From an uncultured Planctomycetaceae bacterium (GTDB taxonomy: Bacteria; Planctomycetota; Phycisphaerae; SM23-33), in assembly GCA_964385465.1 (NCBI GenBank), contig CAYLPJ010000011.1, positions 185 to 64,184 of the forward strand: DNA of 64,000 nt, written 5' to 3'. Positions within the stretch are counted from its first letter, which is position 1. Every line of letters starts with the position of its first letter. Shown here one piece after another: positions 43,087 to 53,023 of the stretch. The position numbers and the translations under genes were made by a program. The notes beneath the pieces are model-generated. The model was given only the letters and a program-made list of their open reading frames with translations, made no database searches and was not told where the DNA came from.

Positions 43087-45177
43087 TCAGGGCCCGCCGG
43101 CGTCGCGGGCGATCTCGAAAGCGGTCATCGAATGAGGCGGGAACGTCCAGGCGAAGCCGCCGCCGTTCACGCCCGCGACGTCCGCGCCGCTGACGGTCTG
43201 GTGGACTGTCTCGGCGTCGAGGTTCAGGCTCGAAAGGCTCGGGCCGGTCACGCACCAGGCCTTGGCCGACGCGGCCGACCCGTCGGCCACGCGAACGTGG
43301 GCGGCGATCGGGTCGGCGTGGTGCTTGTTGAACACGATCACGTACAGTGTCCGCCCGTCGTCGGAGAGGCTCCCCGCGGCCGTCAGGGCGGCGTACGGCG
43401 GGCAGTCGGCGAGGCGTTCCACGCGGAGGTTGCGGATCTCGTAGGTCCCGCTGACCGCCCCGCCGGCGGTCCGTTCGCCGGCCCGGGCCACGGACTGCGC
43501 GGCCTTGGAGGCCAGCAGGCGCAGGTGGAGCTCAAGCCCGTCGCAGCCGGGCAGCGTGACCAGCTTCGTGGCGAACTCCTGCCACTCGCGCGCGCCCTCC
43601 ACGCCCGCCGTCGCCGAGCCGCTGTGCGTCTCGTGCCAGCCGCGGGCGTCGATCATGTCCACGCCGACGGTCCCGGCCGTCGTCCCGCCGACGGTGCGGC
43701 CCTCGTGGACCAGCCGGTACGTCCGCCCCGGCCGACAGGCCACGCGGCCCAGCGTCGGATAGACGTCCGTCGCGTGATCGGTCAGCGTGACGCGAAAGCT
43801 CCGCTTGCCGGTCGGCCGCCATCGCCAGGTCCCGCCCTCCCCGCCGCCCTCGGCGAGGGTCAGGGGCAGTTCGCCGGCGTCGCCCGAACCGGCCCGCGCG
43901 GGGCGCACGCGGAGGCAGCCCTCGAACTCCAGCCTCGGGCCCTCGGCCCTGGCCGCCACCAGGCGCCTGCCGAAGTGCCGCCCCCACAGCCGGTACAGCC
44001 AGAACGCGGGCATCCGCCGCCACGGCCGCCGGTCGCCCGGCTGCTCGGGCCCGCGGATCATCCCCCAGTAGCCGTTGGCGAAGTGCCAGTAGTTCGCCAT
44101 CGTCACCTTGAGCTTCGGGTCCATGAGCACGCGGACGTAGTCGGCCGAGAACAGCGCCGCGCCGAGCGTGAAACGGTACGGAATGGGCTCCTGCTGGACG
44201 AAGCTGGCGTTGTACTCGGTGACGGCGATGGGCAGGGGCTTGCCCGCGTGGCGGTCGATGACCTCGCGGTAGCGCGCCACGAGGTCCGCCGTCTGCTCCC
44301 CGGCGGCCATGCAGGCCCGCATGAGCAGACCGGTGTCCTCGGCGACTTCCTTGGCGCCCTTGGGGTCCCAGAGCCCGACGGCGTAGGTGTGAATGACGAC
44401 GAAGTCCGCGCTGTCGGCGGTGGCATCGAGGACCACGCGGTTCCAGAGGCACTCCGGCGGCGTGCCCGTGCCCATGTGCGGGCCGATGCGGATCCCCGGG
44501 TCCACCGCCCGCATCCGCCGGGCGCAGGCGTTGAACCACTCGGCGTAGCTCTGCGGCGTGTGTTTGCGGAACGGCTTGACGTCGTGATTGCCGTGATCCG
44601 ACTCGTTGCCCATCTCCCAGTGGCGGATGTTCAGCGGCTCGGGGTGGCCCCCGGCGGCGCGGCGGCGGGCCCACGGATGATCCGCGTCGGCCGGGGCGTT
44701 GCAGAACTCCACCAGGGCGGCCGCGGCGTTGGCATCGGCGCGGTAGGCGCTGACGTTCATCAGCGGCTCGGCCCCGGCGGCCCGGCACCACCGGACGAAC
44801 TCGACGACGCCGAAGGCGAAGTCCGGGCGGTCCTCGGGCGGGCCGATCGCGTCGGTCCAGACGAAGTTGTGCGTCAGGCAGCCGCCGGGGTAGCGCATCA
44901 CGGCGCAGCCGACATCGCGAGCGAGCGCCAGCGGTCGCGGGGCCGGCTTACGGGCCCGCGGGTCCCACAGCCCCTGCCCGGTCCGACCCATGTAGCGATG
45001 CTGCGAGCCGAAAATGTCCTTGGCGTCGGCGGCCTCGACGTTGTGGCCCAGCAGGCCCGGGGGCACACGCCCGAGGATCCTGCCCGGATCGACGCGGATC
45101 GACGCATCCCCCGCCGCGGCGGCGGCAAGGCAGCCCAGCACTGCGGCCGCAGCGGCCGAAATGGACAGCCCGCTCAT
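43087..45177 (-). CDS. Secreted clan GH-A glycoside hydrolase, GH51 (alpha-L-arabinofuranosidase)-like, with an inserted or extra beta-sandwich region
   Basis: Signal MSGLSISAAAAAVLGCLAAAAAG. Motifs MRYPGG, acid/base HWEMGNE and nucleophile-like IAVTEYN. The C-terminal beta-sandwich ends in FPPHSMTAFEI, typical of GH51-like C-domains. Confidence 0.7.
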   Translation of the reverse strand: MSGLSISAAAAAVLGCLAAAAAGDASIRVDPGRILGRVPPGLLGHNVEAADAKDIFGSQHRYMGRTGQGLWDPRARKPAPRPLALARDVGCAVMRYPGGCLTHNFVWTDAIGPPEDRPDFAFGVVEFVRWCRAAGAEPLMNVSAYRADANAAAALVEFCNAPADADHPWARRRAAGGHPEPLNIRHWEMGNESDHGNHDVKPFRKHTPQSYAEWFNACARRMRAVDPGIRIGPHMGTGTPPECLWNRVVLDATADSADFVVIHTYAVGLWDPKGAKEVAEDTGLLMRACMAAGEQTADLVARYREVIDRHAGKPLPIAVTEYNASFVQQEPIPYRFTLGAALFSADYVRVLMDPKLKVTMANYWHFANGYWGMIRGPEQPGDRRPWRRMPAFWLYRLWGRHFGRRLVAARAEGPRLEFEGCLRVRPARAGSGDAGELPLTLAEGGGEGGTWRWRPTGKRSFRVTLTDHATDVYPTLGRVACRPGRTYRLVHEGRTVGGTTAGTVGVDMIDARGWHETHSGSATAGVEGAREWQEFATKLVTLPGCDGLELHLRLLASKAAQSVARAGERTAGGAVSGTYEIRNLRVERLADCPPYAALTAAGSLSDDGRTLYVIVFNKHHADPIAAHVRVADGSAASAKAWCVTGPSLSSLNLDAETVHQTVSGADVAGVNGGGFAWTFPPHSMTAFEIARDAGGP

Positions 45178-45199
45178 GGCATGCTCCCTTCCGCCGCCG

Positions 45200-46495
45200 C
45201 TACAGCCGCCATGGCGACCGGAGGGAGCGGTGCATCATCTGGGTGGCGGCGGGGTCGCCGACGATCTTCTCGGCCTTGGGGTCCCAGGTGATCTTCCGCC
45301 CGGTGCGGATGGCGATGTCCCCGAGGTGGCTGATCGTGTCGGACCGGACGGCGTCGACGATGTTGCTCACCGGCTGCGTGCCGCCGCGGACCGCGTCGAT
45401 GAAGTCCTGCCCGTGGTGACGGCTGACCTGGAGCCGCCGCTCGTCGCCTCCGATCCGCTCGCTCTTCAGCGACGGCGGGTCGGTCTGGAACTTCCGCGGG
45501 TCGCGCCCGACCTGCACCGTCCCCTTCGTGCCGTGGAAGATCGTCAGGTCCCCGCCGTCGATGAACTTGAACGCCACGCCGTTGGCGTAGCGCCCGCGGA
45601 CGTCCCAGCGGGTGATCGTGTTGTACAGCCCCTCCTCGGGGATCGTGCCGGTCCCCTCGATCTCGACGGGCACGGCGTCCTCGAGGTCCCAGCCCCAGAC
45701 GGCGATGTCCAGCGGGTGGGCGCCCCAGCCGGCGATGAAGCCGATCGCGTTGTCGTAGTGGTGGTACGTGCCCAACGCGGTGCAACGGTCCTTCGTGTAC
45801 GGCGTGACCGGGGCCGGGCCCAGCCACGTGTCGTAGTCCAGGTCCTCCGGGACGGGAATCGGGTCCGTCGAGCCGCCGCCGCGACCGGCCGGGGCGTGGA
45901 CCTCGACCGTCTTGATCTCGCCGATCCGCCCGTTGAGCACCAGTTCGCAGGCCCGGCGGAAGTGCCCGCTGGACCGCTGCTGCGTGCCGTACTGGAACGC
46001 CACGCCGTAGCGCTGGACGGCCTCGCGACAGGCGAAGTTCCACGACATGCACACGCCGAGCGGCTTCTCGACATACATGCCCTTGCCGGCCTTGGCGGCG
46101 GCAATGGCGATCGGCACGTGCCAGTGATCCGGCGTGGCGACGACCACCGCATCGATGTCGTCGCGGGCCAGCAGCTCGCGGAAGTCGGCGTAGGCCTTCG
46201 CCCCCTTCTTGCCGTACCGCCCGTCGATCCAGCCCACCGCCCGCCGGCGGCGCGAGGCGAAGCAATCCGCCACGGCCACTGACTCCCCGCCCTTGACGCC
46301 CAGGAACCCGCGCAGCAGGCTCCCCCCGCGCCCGCCGACACCGATGTGCCCGACGCGCACGCGCTCGCTCGGGGCGTCGGCGCCGAAGACGCTGGAGGGC
46401 ACGATGGTCGGCGCGGCCGCGATGCCCGCCGCCCCGGCCGCCGCCCGCTTGAGAAACGCCCGCCGCGAGACCCCCGCCGTCCTGCTGTCGCTCAT
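45200..46495 (-). CDS. Gfo/Idh/MocA-family oxidoreductase with a TAT signal (ThuB-like)
   Basis: MSDSRTAGVSRRAFLKRAAAGAAGIAAAP, VGHIGVGGRGG, VEKP. The ATG at 46495 overlaps the upstream stop (ATGA). Confidence 0.88.
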   Translation of the reverse strand: MSDSRTAGVSRRAFLKRAAAGAAGIAAAPTIVPSSVFGADAPSERVRVGHIGVGGRGGSLLRGFLGVKGGESVAVADCFASRRRRAVGWIDGRYGKKGAKAYADFRELLARDDIDAVVVATPDHWHVPIAIAAAKAGKGMYVEKPLGVCMSWNFACREAVQRYGVAFQYGTQQRSSGHFRRACELVLNGRIGEIKTVEVHAPAGRGGGSTDPIPVPEDLDYDTWLGPAPVTPYTKDRCTALGTYHHYDNAIGFIAGWGAHPLDIAVWGWDLEDAVPVEIEGTGTIPEEGLYNTITRWDVRGRYANGVAFKFIDGGDLTIFHGTKGTVQVGRDPRKFQTDPPSLKSERIGGDERRLQVSRHHGQDFIDAVRGGTQPVSNIVDAVRSDTISHLGDIAIRTGRKITWDPKAEKIVGDPAATQMMHRSLRSPWRL

Positions 46496-48180
46496 GATCC
46501 GACTCCGTCGCCGCCGGCGCCCCTCGGCGAGGTCGGCGGCGCTGTTCGCGTTGTCTTCGAAAACGCCTTCCATTCCGCTTCCAGCGCTTGAACGTCCGCC
46601 GGGCCGGGATGGACCCGTGTTCTGTACCGCAGCGTCATGGACTCCCCGGCCGGGAGCGTCAGCGGCTCGTGGAACAGCAGGGCCGGGCTGAAGTAGTTGA
46701 ACGGGATCCGCCGCCGGACGGCCACGTACCACGGGCTGGGGTGCCTCGGGTTCTCCGGGTGGTCGAACATGGCCAGGCACGCCGCGCCGCCGTCGGGCAC
46801 CTTGCCGCTCCAGGCCACCCACCTGGCCTTCTTGCCGTGGGCCTCGAGGTTCGCCCGCCCGGCGCTGTCGACAACCTGCCAGTCCTTCGTCAGCTTCGCC
46901 AGGCGGATGGACAGCCCGGCATACCCGCCCCCGTGCGTGCCGCCCTTGAGGATCACGTCCTCGGCCCCGGCGGTGAACGTGGCCGTCCAGTCGACGCGGT
47001 ACCGCCCGTCGGCCTCGGGTGCGGTGACGCGGACGAGGCGCCGCTCGGCGAGGACCTCGCCCTTGCTGCCGCGGGGACGGTAGCTGACGGTCATGGCGAC
47101 CCGGGCCGAATGATCCTCGACGGCGACTTTGACGGACGTCACCCGCGTCGCGCCGGCGGGCTTGCCCGTCTTGCGGTCCGGCTCCCAGTAGTTCACGCCG
47201 TTGAGGTGCTTCCAGCAGAACCACAACCCCAGGTGCCACTTGTGGTCCGGCGGGCTAAGCCAGGTCAGCGGCTTGGAGCCCGGCAGGGCCAACGGGTGGA
47301 TGTACGGCTTCAGCCCCGCCGGCGGGGTGTGGACGAACTTCCAGACCGTCTCCCCCTCCCACAGCAGCGCCACGGAGGATGCGTCCTTCGCCCAGGAGAA
47401 GGCGCCTTCCGCCGAGCCCGCCGCGGCCGAGACCTCCCCCGTCGCCGCCCACTCCGTGCCGCGGAGCATCAGCGCCTGCCACCCGGGGCAGGCCATCGCC
47501 CGGGTGTCGTGGCCGAGGACGAGATTGAACCCGCGCCCCTCGCCGAACCGGGTGCAGAACGCCACCGGCTCGACCTGCCCGGACCCGCCAGCCTTCTTCT
47601 CGCTCTTCGCCGTCGCGAGCACGTGGGGATCCCCCGTCCTGCCCATGCGGTGCCACAACTCGTCGACGATGCGGAAGGGCTTCAGCCCGGCCGTGACGGG
47701 ATGGTTCGCATCGGCCGGGGTGACCGCGAACTCGTGACGCTTCCCGTGCCCGGTCTGTCCGAGCTTCCACGTCGCCCCCACGATCCGCTGGAACGCCTCC
47801 CAGTTCTGGAAGGCTGTGCTGGCGGCGTGGAAGACCGCCACGCCCCCGCCGCCGCGAACGAACTCCAGGAAGGCCTTCTCCGTCGCCTCGTCCCAGATCC
47901 GCTTCTTCACGTCCGGCCAGGGCGTCCAGTTGCTGACGACCACGTCGTGCCTCGCGAACGTCGCGGCCGAGCAGGTGGCGGGATCCTCCTCGACGGTCAC
48001 CGCGAACCGCCCGCTGTCCTCGTACAGCTTGACCAGCACCGGCGTGGTCCTTCGCCAGTTGTGATTGTTCTTGCCGGTCAGCAGCAGCACGCGGAGCTTC
48101 TTCGGCGCCTCGGACGCGCCGGCGTCCGCCGCAGCCGCTGCTGCGGCCAGAACGCCCGCCACCATCAGGGAACATCGCAT
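46492..48180 (-). CDS. Secreted fusion protein: ThuA-like domain plus PmoA-family (DUF6807-like) domain
   Basis: Signal MRCSLMVAGVLAAAAAAADAGA. The ThuA-like half has LRVLLLTGKNNHNW...GGGVAVFHAAS...GHG. The C-terminal half has LKPYIHPLALPGSKPLTWLSPPDHKWHLGLWFCWKHLNGVNYWE, typical of the PmoA family (PF14100-type). Confidence 0.8.
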   Translation of the reverse strand: MRCSLMVAGVLAAAAAAADAGASEAPKKLRVLLLTGKNNHNWRRTTPVLVKLYEDSGRFAVTVEEDPATCSAATFARHDVVVSNWTPWPDVKKRIWDEATEKAFLEFVRGGGGVAVFHAASTAFQNWEAFQRIVGATWKLGQTGHGKRHEFAVTPADANHPVTAGLKPFRIVDELWHRMGRTGDPHVLATAKSEKKAGGSGQVEPVAFCTRFGEGRGFNLVLGHDTRAMACPGWQALMLRGTEWAATGEVSAAAGSAEGAFSWAKDASSVALLWEGETVWKFVHTPPAGLKPYIHPLALPGSKPLTWLSPPDHKWHLGLWFCWKHLNGVNYWEPDRKTGKPAGATRVTSVKVAVEDHSARVAMTVSYRPRGSKGEVLAERRLVRVTAPEADGRYRVDWTATFTAGAEDVILKGGTHGGGYAGLSIRLAKLTKDWQVVDSAGRANLEAHGKKARWVAWSGKVPDGGAACLAMFDHPENPRHPSPWYVAVRRRIPFNYFSPALLFHEPLTLPAGESMTLRYRTRVHPGPADVQALEAEWKAFSKTTRTAPPTSPRGAGGDGVGS

Positions 48181-48228
48181 AGCGTTCTCCTCGCCCGGGC
48201 CGGCCCCGAACCGGTCACTGGATGCCGG

Positions 48229-49056
48229 CTACTGCAACAGCGGCCGGAGGTGCTCGACGCTGCGGGCCGCCTGGTCCACTGTACCGCATTCGACGCTGAG
48301 AACGATGTCCCGTTCGCAGCGGCGCATGACCTCGATGACCTTCGCCCAGTCGACGACGCCCTCGCCGCAGGCGCAGCCGACGGCCGTGCCGGTTACCTTC
48401 CCCCGCTCGGCGTCGGACTGCTCGACGCTGATGTCCTTGCCATGCAAGTGCACCAGCTCGCCGAGGACGTCGTTCAGCCAGACCGGGGGGTCCTCGCCGG
48501 CGAGGTAGCTGTTGCCCGTGTCGAAGTTCACGCCGATCGCCGGCGAGTCCACCAGCGCCACCATCCGCGCCAGGCCCTCGGGCGTCTTGCTGTATTGCTG
48601 ATGCGGCTCCAGGCCGATAAGGATGCCCCGCGGCTCGGCCACCTTCGCCGCCTCGCCCAGGACATACCGCATCAGCACGTGGTCTTCCTCCGCCGTCGTC
48701 CAAGGCTGCTTGGGGCCCTCGTCGGTGTTGACCACCGGCGCGCCGCACTCGGCCGCGAAACGGACCGCCTGCTTGAGGTACTCGGTGCTGATCTCCGGCT
48801 TGCACAGCGGCGAGTGCGCGCTGAGACCGGAGAGCTTGACCCCGGCATTCTCGCACGCCCGGCGGACCCGCAGCGGGTCGTCGAGCATCGAGACGCTGTG
48901 GAAGTAGCCGGCCTCGCTGAGCAGCTCCCGCCCCCAGTGCACCATGGGCTCGACGTACTCGTAGCCGAGCTCAGCCGCTTTCTCCACGCCCCACTCGAAC
49001 GATTTGTCCTCGTGTCGCACGTACTCCAGGTTGATGCCCAGTCCGACAGTGCCCAT
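48229..49056 (-). CDS. Sugar phosphate isomerase/epimerase (xylose-isomerase-like TIM barrel)
   Basis: ATG 49056 behind AAGGAG. Family-typical segments LGYEYVE, IGLEPH and GVNFDTGN...HLHGKD. Confidence 0.85.
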   Translation of the reverse strand: MGTVGLGINLEYVRHEDKSFEWGVEKAAELGYEYVEPMVHWGRELLSEAGYFHSVSMLDDPLRVRRACENAGVKLSGLSAHSPLCKPEISTEYLKQAVRFAAECGAPVVNTDEGPKQPWTTAEEDHVLMRYVLGEAAKVAEPRGILIGLEPHQQYSKTPEGLARMVALVDSPAIGVNFDTGNSYLAGEDPPVWLNDVLGELVHLHGKDISVEQSDAERGKVTGTAVGCACGEGVVDWAKVIEVMRRCERDIVLSVECGTVDQAARSVEHLRPLLQ

Positions 49057-49177
49057 GGCCTGCTCCTTTCGTTGGCGAAGAGATGCGTCGCGGGCCGCCC
49101 GCGCGGGGGTTATAGTAAGGGCCCGATCCCGGCCGGGCAACCGTGCCGGCAAACCGCGACCTTTCAGGAGAACCGCC

Positions 49178-50521
49178 ATGACCACGCACGCCCGCCTCAC
49201 GCTCGCCGCCGCGCTGCTTGCGGCGCTGCCCCCGGCCTTCGTCGACGCCGCGCCGGACAAGGCAGGCAAGACCGGCAACGCCGACAAGGAACTACCCCCG
49301 CTGCCGGAGCCGGACGCCAACGGCTTCCTCGCATTGTTCAACGGCAAGGACCTCACCGGCTGGGTCGGCTCGACGGGGGGCTACGGCGTCGAGGACGGCG
49401 TGCTGTTCTGCAAGGCCAAGGGCGGCGGGAACCTCATGACCGCCCACCAGTTCGGGGACTTCATCCTGCGATTCGAGTTCAAGGTCCCCCCGGGCGGCAA
49501 CAACGGCCTGGCCATCCGCGCGCCGGGCAAGGGCAACCCCGCCTACGCGGGCATGGAGCTGCAGATCCTCGACAACACCGCCGAACGCTACGCCAGGCTC
49601 CGCCCGACGCAGTACCACGGCAGCATCTACGACGTCGTGCCCGCCAAGCGAGGCCACCTCAAGCCCCCGGGCGAGTGGAATCGCCAGGAGGTCCGCGCCC
49701 TCGGGCGGCGGATCACCGTCATCCTCAACGGACAGACCATCGTAGACGCCGACCTCGACAAGGTCATCGCAGGGTCCGAAGACCCCGAGAAGCTCGTCGC
49801 CAAGCACCCCGGCCTGCTGCGGGCCAGGGGGCACATCGGCTGGATGGGCCACGGCGCCCGCGTGGAATTCCGCAACATCCGCATCAAGCCCTTCCCGCCC
49901 TACACGGCCGGGCCGCACAACGAGCCGCCGGAGGGCTTCGAGGCCCTGTTCAACGGCAAGGACCTCAGCGGGTGGAAGGGCCTGGTGGGCAACCCGAAGA
50001 AGCGAGCCCAGATGAGCGAGGAGGAGCTGGCCAGGGCACAGAAGGGCGCCGACAAGCGGATGCGGGAGCACTGGAAGGTCGTCGACGGCACGCTGGTGTT
50101 CGACGGCAAGGGAAGCCACCTCTGCACGGCGAAGGACTACAAGGATTTCGAGATGCTCGTGGACTGGAAGATCGGCCCCGGCGGGGACAGCGGGATCTAT
50201 CTCCGGGGCACGCCGCAGGTGCAGATCTGGGACCCGGCCCGCCACAAGGAGGGGTCCGGCGGGCTGTACAACAACAAGAAGCACCCGCGCAAGCCCCTGC
50301 TCTGCGCAGACAACCCCGTCGGCCAGTGGAACCGCTTCCGCATCAAGATGGTCGGCGAGAAGGTCAGCGTCTGGCTCAACGGGCAGATGGTGGTGGACAA
50401 CACCGTCATGGAGAACTACTGGGAGCGGGACAAGCCGATCTATCCCACCGGCCAGATCGAGCTCCAGAGCCACGGCTCGACATTGTGGTTCCGCAACATC
50501 TATATCCGCGAGATCGAGTGA
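49178..50521 (+). CDS. Secreted protein with two tandem DUF1080 (3-keto-disaccharide hydrolase) domains
   Basis: CAGGAG Shine-Dalgarno before ATG 49178. Signal MTTHARLTLAAALLAALPPAFVDA. There are two copies of the pattern F.ALFNGKDL.GW...W.V.DG.L....G...L.T...Y.DF, ending in VEFRNIRIKPF and LWFRNIYIREI. Confidence 0.88.
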   Translation: MTTHARLTLAAALLAALPPAFVDAAPDKAGKTGNADKELPPLPEPDANGFLALFNGKDLTGWVGSTGGYGVEDGVLFCKAKGGGNLMTAHQFGDFILRFEFKVPPGGNNGLAIRAPGKGNPAYAGMELQILDNTAERYARLRPTQYHGSIYDVVPAKRGHLKPPGEWNRQEVRALGRRITVILNGQTIVDADLDKVIAGSEDPEKLVAKHPGLLRARGHIGWMGHGARVEFRNIRIKPFPPYTAGPHNEPPEGFEALFNGKDLSGWKGLVGNPKKRAQMSEEELARAQKGADKRMREHWKVVDGTLVFDGKGSHLCTAKDYKDFEMLVDWKIGPGGDSGIYLRGTPQVQIWDPARHKEGSGGLYNNKKHPRKPLLCADNPVGQWNRFRIKMVGEKVSVWLNGQMVVDNTVMENYWERDKPIYPTGQIELQSHGSTLWFRNIYIREIE

Positions 50522-50597
50522 GACCTCGGCGCCGTGGTGCAGACGGGCTTTTGCGATCGCCTGCACGGAAGAACGGGCAGATCGGAGCACATGGATC

Positions 50598-52976
50598 ATG
50601 CGGTACGGATACTTTGACGACGAGGCGCGGGAGTATGTGATCGAGAAGCCCGATACGCCGGCGTCGTGGGTGAACTACCTCGGGACCGGCGACTACTGCG
50701 GGATCATCTCGAACAACGCGGCCGGCTACGCGTTCTACAAATCCGCCAGCCGGCAGCGGCTCATGCGGTTCCGCTTCAACAGCGTGCCGACCGACCGGCC
50801 GGGCCGCTATGTGTATATCCGCGACGACGCCGACGGGGACTACTGGTCCGCGACGTGGCAGCCCGTGGGCAAGCCGCTGGCCGACTACAGAACGCAATGC
50901 CGCCACGGGCCCGGGCGCACGCGGTTCGTCAGCGAGTACGCGGGCATCCGAACCACTATGCGCGTGTTCGTGCCTCTCGACGATCCCGTCGAAGTGTGGG
51001 ACGTCGAAGTGGAGAACCTCACCGAACGCCGCCGCGAGCTTTCCTTGTTCGCCTACTGCGAATGGTGCTTCTGGGAGATGGCACAGGACCTCACCAACTT
51101 CCAGTACATTCTCTATACCTGCCGCATGCGCTTCGCCGACGACATCGTGGACTACTCCATCCGCCTCTGGCCCTTCCGCGAGCCCAAGGCGTTCCTCGCC
51201 AGTACGCTTCCGGTCAGCAGTTTCGACACCGATCGCGACCGCTTCATGGGCACCTATCGCCACGAGGGCCGGCCCGAAGCCGTCGAACGCGGCGAGTGCT
51301 TCGGGTCCGTCGCCGTCGGCGGGACCCCCTGCGCCGCCGTGCAGAACCGCGTGATCCTCGCCCCGCGCGCCCGCAAGCGCGGGGCGTATGTGGTGGGCAT
51401 CGGCGACGCGAAGACGGTGGGGGCCGATTGCAAGCGGCGTTTCTCGGACCCCGGCGCCGTCGAGGCCGAGGCGAAACGCGTCACCGAGTACTGGCACGAT
51501 CGCCTGGGCGCCTTCACCTGCCGCACACCGTCGGACGAGATGAACTCCATGGTCAACACGTGGAACGCCTACCAGTGCCAGACCACCTTCAACTGGTCCC
51601 GGTCGGCGTCGTTCAACGAGGCCGGGGGGCGCGACGGCATGGGCTACCGCGACAGCCACCAGGACACGCTCGGCGTCGTCCACGCCATCCCGGCCGCGGT
51701 GCGCGAGCGCCTGATCGAGCTGCTCGGCGCCCAGCACGCCCGGGGCTCGGCGATGCACCACGTCCCGCCCGGCGACCTCGACCGCGGACCACAGAACGTC
51801 CAGGAGCCCGTCTACAGCGACGACCACCTCTGGATGCTGCTGACGGTTGCCGCGTACGTCAAGGAGACGGCGGACTTCGGCTTCGCCGACGAGACCGTCC
51901 CCTACGCCGATGAGGGCGAGGGCAGCGTCTACGACCACCTCGCCGCCGCGCTGGAGTTCTCCTGGACGCACCGCGGGCCCAACGGCATGTGCCTGGGGCT
52001 GGCGGCGGACTGGAACGACTGCCTCAACCTCACCGGCCGGGGCGAGAGCATGTTCAGCACCTTCCTGTTCTACCGCGGCCTGGTCGAGATGGCCGAACTC
52101 GCCCGCCGCCTCGGCCGGGCCCGGGACGCCGACCGCTGCGACGCCCGCCGCGCGGAGTTGAAGGCCGGGATCGACGAACGGGCCTGGGACGGCGACTGGT
52201 GGCTGCGAGGCTTCCTTGACGACGGCCGGAAGCTGGGCGGCAAGCAGAGCGACCAGGCCAAGATCTTCATCAACAGCCAGACGTGGGCCGTGGTCAGCGG
52301 CGCCGCCGAGGCCGACCGCGCCCGCCGCTGCATGGACAGCCTGCACGAGCACCTCGCCACCGAGCACGGCGTGGTGAAGAACCACCCGGCCTACACGGAG
52401 CACGACCCCATGGTCGGGGCCATCACCTGCTTCCCGCCCGGGCTGAAGGAGAACGGCGGCATCTTCTGCCACGCCGTAACCTGGTCCGTCGTGGCCGAGG
52501 GAATGCTCGGACGCGGCGACAAGGCCTTCGCGCTGTACCGCTCGTTCCTCCCGGCCGCCAAGAACGACACGGCCGACCTCTACACGATGGAGCCGTACGT
52601 CTACTCGCAGTTCATCACGGGCAAGGAGCACCCGTACCATTTCGGTCGGGCGCGGAACAGTTGGCTGACGGGCACGGCCTCGTGGGCGTTCGTGGCGGCG
52701 ACGCAGTACATCCTGGGCATCCGCGCCGGTTACGACGGTCTGGAGATCGACCCGACGATCCCGTCGTCCTGGGACGGCTTCGAGGCCACGCGCCGCTTCC
52801 GCGGCGCGACCTACCGTATCAAGGTGACCAATCCCGCGGGCATCTGCCACGGCGTCCGGGCGGTCGCCGTCAACGGCGAACCGATCGAGGGAACCACGCT
52901 CCCCGCCGCCGCCGAGGGCGAGACGGTGGACGTCGAGGTCGCCATGGGTCATGCGACCGAGAAGCGGCAGGGATAA
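50598..52976 (+). CDS. GH94 glycoside phosphorylase (cellobiose/cellodextrin/chitobiose phosphorylase family)
   Basis: N-terminus MRYGYFDDEAREYVIEKPDTPASWVNYLG and the catalytic-Asp block LAADWNDCLN. 792 aa with no signal peptide. Confidence 0.9.
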   Translation: MRYGYFDDEAREYVIEKPDTPASWVNYLGTGDYCGIISNNAAGYAFYKSASRQRLMRFRFNSVPTDRPGRYVYIRDDADGDYWSATWQPVGKPLADYRTQCRHGPGRTRFVSEYAGIRTTMRVFVPLDDPVEVWDVEVENLTERRRELSLFAYCEWCFWEMAQDLTNFQYILYTCRMRFADDIVDYSIRLWPFREPKAFLASTLPVSSFDTDRDRFMGTYRHEGRPEAVERGECFGSVAVGGTPCAAVQNRVILAPRARKRGAYVVGIGDAKTVGADCKRRFSDPGAVEAEAKRVTEYWHDRLGAFTCRTPSDEMNSMVNTWNAYQCQTTFNWSRSASFNEAGGRDGMGYRDSHQDTLGVVHAIPAAVRERLIELLGAQHARGSAMHHVPPGDLDRGPQNVQEPVYSDDHLWMLLTVAAYVKETADFGFADETVPYADEGEGSVYDHLAAALEFSWTHRGPNGMCLGLAADWNDCLNLTGRGESMFSTFLFYRGLVEMAELARRLGRARDADRCDARRAELKAGIDERAWDGDWWLRGFLDDGRKLGGKQSDQAKIFINSQTWAVVSGAAEADRARRCMDSLHEHLATEHGVVKNHPAYTEHDPMVGAITCFPPGLKENGGIFCHAVTWSVVAEGMLGRGDKAFALYRSFLPAAKNDTADLYTMEPYVYSQFITGKEHPYHFGRARNSWLTGTASWAFVAATQYILGIRAGYDGLEIDPTIPSSWDGFEATRRFRGATYRIKVTNPAGICHGVRAVAVNGEPIEGTTLPAAAEGETVDVEVAMGHATEKRQG

Positions 52977-53023
52977 GCCCGGTTCAGGGCGTTCATCCCT
53001 TCCATGACCGAAAGGAAGCACCG

